Assembly (NCBI GenBank): GCA_027075555.1
Contig: JALTAZ010000010.1
Coordinates: 2,496 to 66,495 of the forward strand
Length of the DNA: 64,000 nucleotides
Direction of reading: 5' to 3'
Origin: Micavibrio sp.
GTDB taxonomy: Bacteria; Pseudomonadota; Alphaproteobacteria; Micavibrionales; Micavibrionaceae
The stretch's first letter is position 1. Every line of letters starts with the position of its first letter. Position numbers and translations under genes: made by a program. Below are positions 59,902 through 64,000 of the stretch, in pieces. The notes under the pieces are model-generated. The model did not search any database. It was not told the DNA's origin and was given only the letters and a program-made list of their open reading frames with translations.

Positions 59902-60981
59902 TTATGTTATCGACTCACACCAAGCATCATAGCCACCGCACATATTAGTTATGTTTGTGTAGCCACTAGATTTTAATATCTGGGCGGCTTGTTTTCCGCG
60001 CATGCCTTTTTTGCAATATAAAATGATTTCTTGATCTTTAGGCAAATTTGGCATTTTGCCTTCCGATAAGTCTGATAGAGCGAAATGTATGGCATTTTCA
60101 ATATGCCCGCTATCCCATTCGTCTTTTTCTCGAACATCTATAATGGTTGCATTTGTGTTAGATTTAACATCTTCAGGGCTACATTCGGGTATAATTCCAC
60201 AATTTTGTGATGAGTGTGTCAATTTAATCTCCTCCTTTTTTTCTTTTGAACAAGTTGGGCAATTTGGATTTTTTGGTATGGTAAGGGTTTTACAATTCAT
60301 ATTATGAATATCGATAATCCATAATTTAGCAGATAATATTTCTAAAATATCATTGTTAATTATAATTTTTATAGCTTCCATAGCTTGGGTGGTTCCGATT
60401 ATTCCTGCTACTGCCCCTATCACTCCGGCTTCTGCACAGTTGGGAATATACCCTTTTGGTGGCGTAGGGAACAAACAACGATAGCAAGCGCAGCCATTAT
60501 GATTAAATATGCTAACTTGTCCATCAAAACCAAGTATTGAACCATATATGAATGGTTTGCCCATTTTAACAGCGGCATCATTTATTAAGAATTTAGCAGA
60601 AAAATTATCTGTGCCATCAATTATAAGATCATATTCATTGAAAAGTTTTTCTACATTTTTATCATTCAATTCAAAATCATATGCAATGATTTTAATATCA
60701 GGGTTAAGGGAGTTTAGCCGTGTTTTTGCGGCTAGAGCTTTATTCTTACCAATATCATCAATTGTAAAAAGCACTTGTCTTTGCAGGTTACTTTCATCAA
60801 CATTATCAAAATCAACTATGCCAATATGGCCAATTCCAGCAGCGCTTAAATATAAAAGAGCAGGGCAGCCAAGCCCTCCTGCACCAATACATAGCACTTT
60901 GGATTTATGTAGCTTTTCCTGACCTTTTGTGCCAATCTCAGGCAATATCATTTGTCGGTTATAGCGTTTTTTATAGCTCAT
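59902..60981 (-). CDS. moeB: MoeB/ThiF adenylyltransferase fused to rhodanese (MoeZ-like)
   Basis: RYNRQ, GAGGLG, SNLQRQ, CYRC, CPTC, DVRE.DEW..GHI and LYCKKG. Confidence 0.85.
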   Translation of the reverse strand: MSYKKRYNRQMILPEIGTKGQEKLHKSKVLCIGAGGLGCPALLYLSAAGIGHIGIVDFDNVDESNLQRQVLFTIDDIGKNKALAAKTRLNSLNPDIKIIAYDFELNDKNVEKLFNEYDLIIDGTDNFSAKFLINDAAVKMGKPFIYGSILGFDGQVSIFNHNGCACYRCLFPTPPKGYIPNCAEAGVIGAVAGIIGTTQAMEAIKIIINNDILEILSAKLWIIDIHNMNCKTLTIPKNPNCPTCSKEKKEEIKLTHSSQNCGIIPECSPEDVKSNTNATIIDVREKDEWDSGHIENAIHFALSDLSEGKMPNLPKDQEIILYCKKGMRGKQAAQILKSSGYTNITNMCGGYDAWCESIT

Positions 60982-61171
60982 AATTTTATATTCTATGGTT
61001 GGGGTCAGTATCTTTTACTTTATAATACGCTAAATAATACGCTAGAGTAACAGGATTTTTCTTAGCAGTTGTTTTAGAATACCGGTTTGCATGTTATTGT
61101 CGCATTTTAATTGTAATTACCATTACCATCATTAAATAGATAATAAAAAATAGATAAGAAAATTTTTCAAC

Positions 61172-62449
61172 ATGGATTATAAAAGATTTAATAAAAACCT
61201 CTGGATTAAGATTTTAATAGGTATGTTTATAGGTATTATCGTGGGGATAATACTATCTCCTCATGGTTATGCTTTGTTATCTGATGATTTGGTACGTGAT
61301 GTATCTCCTTGGATTAAATTGCCAGGTATATTGTTTCTTGGTCTTATACAAATGGTGGTAATTCCACTTATATTATGCTCAATAATTATTGGCATTACAC
61401 AAAGTGGAGAATTAGCATTTTTACAAAAAATGGGTGTTCGTATAGTGTTTTACTTTATTAGTACGACTGTAATTTCAATATCTATAGGTATTGCTTGTGT
61501 TTATTTTATTGATCCAGCTAGCTATATAGACCCTGATCTTATAAAAGGGTTTAGAGATGAGATGAACTATGCCCCTGTTGCACCTAAAACATTTGAGGGG
61601 CTTACAATTCCAGATCGTATCGCTAATTTAATTCCTACTAATATGAGTAAGGCCATATTGGATAAGAATTTATTACAAATTGTAATTGCAGCTACTGTTA
61701 TTGGCGTAGCTTTAGTAAGCCTGTCAGAAGATGTTGCTAAACCTATAAAAGATCTAGCACAATCAGGTCAGGCCATTTCTATGACGGTTGTTGGCTGGGC
61801 AATGATGATTGCTCCAGTTGCCGTATTTGGCTTGATTTGCGATATGACAATTAAGCTTGGCTTTGCTGCTCTTGCTGGTATGGGCATGTATATGCTTAGC
61901 GTTTTATTTGGCCTAATTAGTATGGTTGGAGTGTATTTGTTTATTGTAAAATTTATCGCTGGGCGCAATCCTATCGAATTTTTAAAGGCCGTAAGAGAAG
62001 TTAAGTTATTGGCTTTTTCTACTTCTTCATCAGCGGCTACTATGCCTTTTACTATGGCTTGCTCTGAGCAGAAATTAGGAGTTCCTGCAAAGATAAGCCG
62101 TTTTGTTATTCCGCTTGGCGCAACCATAAATATGGATGGTACTGCTCTTTATCAGGCTGTGGCAACTATTTTCCTAGTTCAGGTATTTGGTGATATTTCA
62201 GGAATAGAGCTTACTAACGCTGATATAGCATTGATACTAGTTACAACCGTTGGTGCCTCTATTGGTACACCAGCGACCCCAGGGGTAGGGATTGTGGTTT
62301 TAGCCACCATTTTAACCAGTGTGGGGCTTGCGCCTGCTGCGGTTGGGTTTATTCTAGGTGTCGATAGAATTTTAGACATGTTTCGTACTGCAGTTAATGT
62401 AACGGGTGACTTAACAGCAAGCGTAGTAATGGATAGATGGCTTCGGTAA
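61172..62449 (+). CDS. dicarboxylate/amino acid:cation symporter (DAACS)
   Basis: AFSTSSSAATMP, GATINMDGT and DRILDMFRTAVNVTGD. Confidence 0.92.
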   Translation: MDYKRFNKNLWIKILIGMFIGIIVGIILSPHGYALLSDDLVRDVSPWIKLPGILFLGLIQMVVIPLILCSIIIGITQSGELAFLQKMGVRIVFYFISTTVISISIGIACVYFIDPASYIDPDLIKGFRDEMNYAPVAPKTFEGLTIPDRIANLIPTNMSKAILDKNLLQIVIAATVIGVALVSLSEDVAKPIKDLAQSGQAISMTVVGWAMMIAPVAVFGLICDMTIKLGFAALAGMGMYMLSVLFGLISMVGVYLFIVKFIAGRNPIEFLKAVREVKLLAFSTSSSAATMPFTMACSEQKLGVPAKISRFVIPLGATINMDGTALYQAVATIFLVQVFGDISGIELTNADIALILVTTVGASIGTPATPGVGIVVLATILTSVGLAPAAVGFILGVDRILDMFRTAVNVTGDLTASVVMDRWLR

Positions 62450-62520
62450 AAATAATATAATTTATTTTAGATGCTTGTTTTTATTTTTCTATCAAGCCAT
62501 AGTGCTTTTATTTTTATAAC

Positions 62521-63243
62521 ATGGGGTACGATATGGTAGATAAAGACCAGAAGAATGGTAATGTTGATGATATCACTTATTCCGTAGGGGTTTTACCAAG
62601 GTTACGCCGTTATTTACTTACTGGAATTTTGGTAACTGCTCCGATAACCATAACGGTATATCTTACTTATATATTTTTAACATATGTGGATAGTAAAGTT
62701 GGCAAGGTTCTTCCAGATGATTGGTATGAGGCCTTATACGGTCATACAACTATTCCAGGTCTTGGACTTATAATTGCCATAGCCTTTTTTATAATTATTG
62801 GGTGGTTTGCCACTAATTTTCTTGGTCGCATGTTTATCAAATTATCTGAGTATATTGTTGATAAAATGCCAGTAGTTCGTAGCTTATACGGAGCAATCAA
62901 GCAGATATTTGAAACTATCATGGCTAGTCAGTCTAGTGCATTTAGAGAGGTTGTTATGCTTGAATATCCGCGTAAAGGTATTTGGTCCATAGGCTTTGTA
63001 ACAGGAACATCAGAAGGTGAAGTTCAATATCATACAGATCAGGAAACTGTAAATGTTTTTGTGCCGACAACTCCTAATCCTACATCAGGTTATTTACTTT
63101 TTGTTCCTAAATCAGAGCTTAAATATCTGAAAATGAGTGTTGAGGAAGGTGTTAAACTTGTTGTTTCTGCTGGAATTATTACCCCATCAACAGAATTAGA
63201 AAAAATAGAGGGTAAAAAAACTAAAAATAAAAAAGAGGCGTAA
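62521..63243 (+). CDS. DUF502 family membrane protein
   Basis: Y.AIKQI, EYPRKG and VFVPTTPNPTSG. Confidence 0.9.
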   Translation: MGYDMVDKDQKNGNVDDITYSVGVLPRLRRYLLTGILVTAPITITVYLTYIFLTYVDSKVGKVLPDDWYEALYGHTTIPGLGLIIAIAFFIIIGWFATNFLGRMFIKLSEYIVDKMPVVRSLYGAIKQIFETIMASQSSAFREVVMLEYPRKGIWSIGFVTGTSEGEVQYHTDQETVNVFVPTTPNPTSGYLLFVPKSELKYLKMSVEEGVKLVVSAGIITPSTELEKIEGKKTKNKKEA

Positions 63244-63248
63244 GGAAA

Positions 63249-63917
63249 ATGTTTGATCTTATTAACTCTATACGTGAGCGTGACCCTGCTAAACCCAGTT
63301 TTTTAGAGGTGGTCTTTGCCTATAATGGTTTTCATGCAGTGCTTTGGCATCGTCTTAATAATTTTATTTGGCACTTGAAGTTAAGAGCTCTTGCCCGAAC
63401 TTTGGCAAATTTTTCACGTATTCTTACAGGAATTGAAATTCACCCTGAGGCAAAAATAGGGAAGAACTTTTTTATAGATCATGGAACAGGTGTGGTTATA
63501 GGTCAAACAGCGGTAATAGGCGATAATGTTACTATTTATCATGGCGTAACACTAGGTGGAGTAGGGCGTGTAGGTAAGGTTGATGGCAAACGCCACCCAA
63601 CATTAGAGGATTGGGCGATTATCGGCGCGGGATCACAGGTTCTTGGAGATATTACAATAGGTGAGCATGCAAAAGTTGGTGCAAATTCAGTTGTTACATC
63701 TGATATTCCTGCTGGTGCTACGGCCATCGGTATTCCTGCGCGAGTAATTGGCGGCGATGATAGAGCTAGAGCCTACGGTATGCCATCAATTAAAGAAATG
63801 GAAGAGGTAACATTTACAATTGATTGTATTATAAATGAAATGGGGAAAATCAAGAAAGAACTAAAACTGGACGATGCGGATTGTAAAAAATTAAAAGAAA
63901 AGCAAAAAATCAATTAA
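63249..63917 (+). CDS. cysE: serine O-acetyltransferase
   Basis: RDPA, TGIEIHPEA.IG, FIDHGTGVVIG, KRHPT and hexapeptide repeats. Confidence 0.92.
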   Translation: MFDLINSIRERDPAKPSFLEVVFAYNGFHAVLWHRLNNFIWHLKLRALARTLANFSRILTGIEIHPEAKIGKNFFIDHGTGVVIGQTAVIGDNVTIYHGVTLGGVGRVGKVDGKRHPTLEDWAIIGAGSQVLGDITIGEHAKVGANSVVTSDIPAGATAIGIPARVIGGDDRARAYGMPSIKEMEEVTFTIDCIINEMGKIKKELKLDDADCKKLKEKQKIN

Positions 63918-64000
63918 GGAGCTTTTCTAACCACTCCTAAAATATTTAATTGCTTGATCGCGCTCAAATAAATATAGAAGCGTTTTAAGTGCACTTCCAC

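Noticed and set aside
59788..60981. Integrative element at tRNA-Leu
   Set aside because: No integrase, and no duplicated tRNA 3' end (att site) was seen in the window.
797..63727. Numerous 60-180-aa ORFs antisense to or nested in confident genes (e.g. 3252-3713, 27658-28203, 31548-32015, 41702-42241, 56663-56860)
   Set aside because: These are shadow ORFs of well-supported genes, with no recognisable motifs or translation signals.

Overview
AT-rich alphaproteobacterial chromosome segment. The gene order (ctrA divergent from fliI-fliJ; fliF-fliG-fliH-fliN-motA-flbD-flhA-flhF-flhG; trcR; methyltransferase/comF/grxC/nitrilase) suggests a Rhodospirillales- or Micavibrio-like lineage, which is an inference. 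The window holds the 5' end of an arginine operon (DUF1611/DgcN-like gene overlapping a partial argC, preceded by a candidate Arg-rich leader peptide) and a yejA-B-E ABC operon interleaved with kdsB and other genes. It also holds a class II flagellar cluster with several inserted genes, guaC, a regulator-less metal-efflux cluster (copA, czcD, czcI-like uORF, czcCBA), housekeeping genes and tRNA-Leu(CAA). No CRISPR array, prophage or transposase was recognised. Best novelty candidates: (1) a DUF1611 enzyme as a possible non-canonical N-acetylglutamate synthase under leader-peptide control; (2) a secreted Cys/His-rich uORF whose R-P-P codons form the 5' arm of a terminator-like hairpin upstream of czcCBA; (3) a 912-aa methyltransferase fused to two degenerate Nudix-like domains; (4) three paralogous secreted NTF2-like proteins inserted between flhA and flhF; (5) a histidine phosphatase coupled to kdsB as a possible KdsC substitute. 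All family calls come from motif recognition by eye, not database searches.
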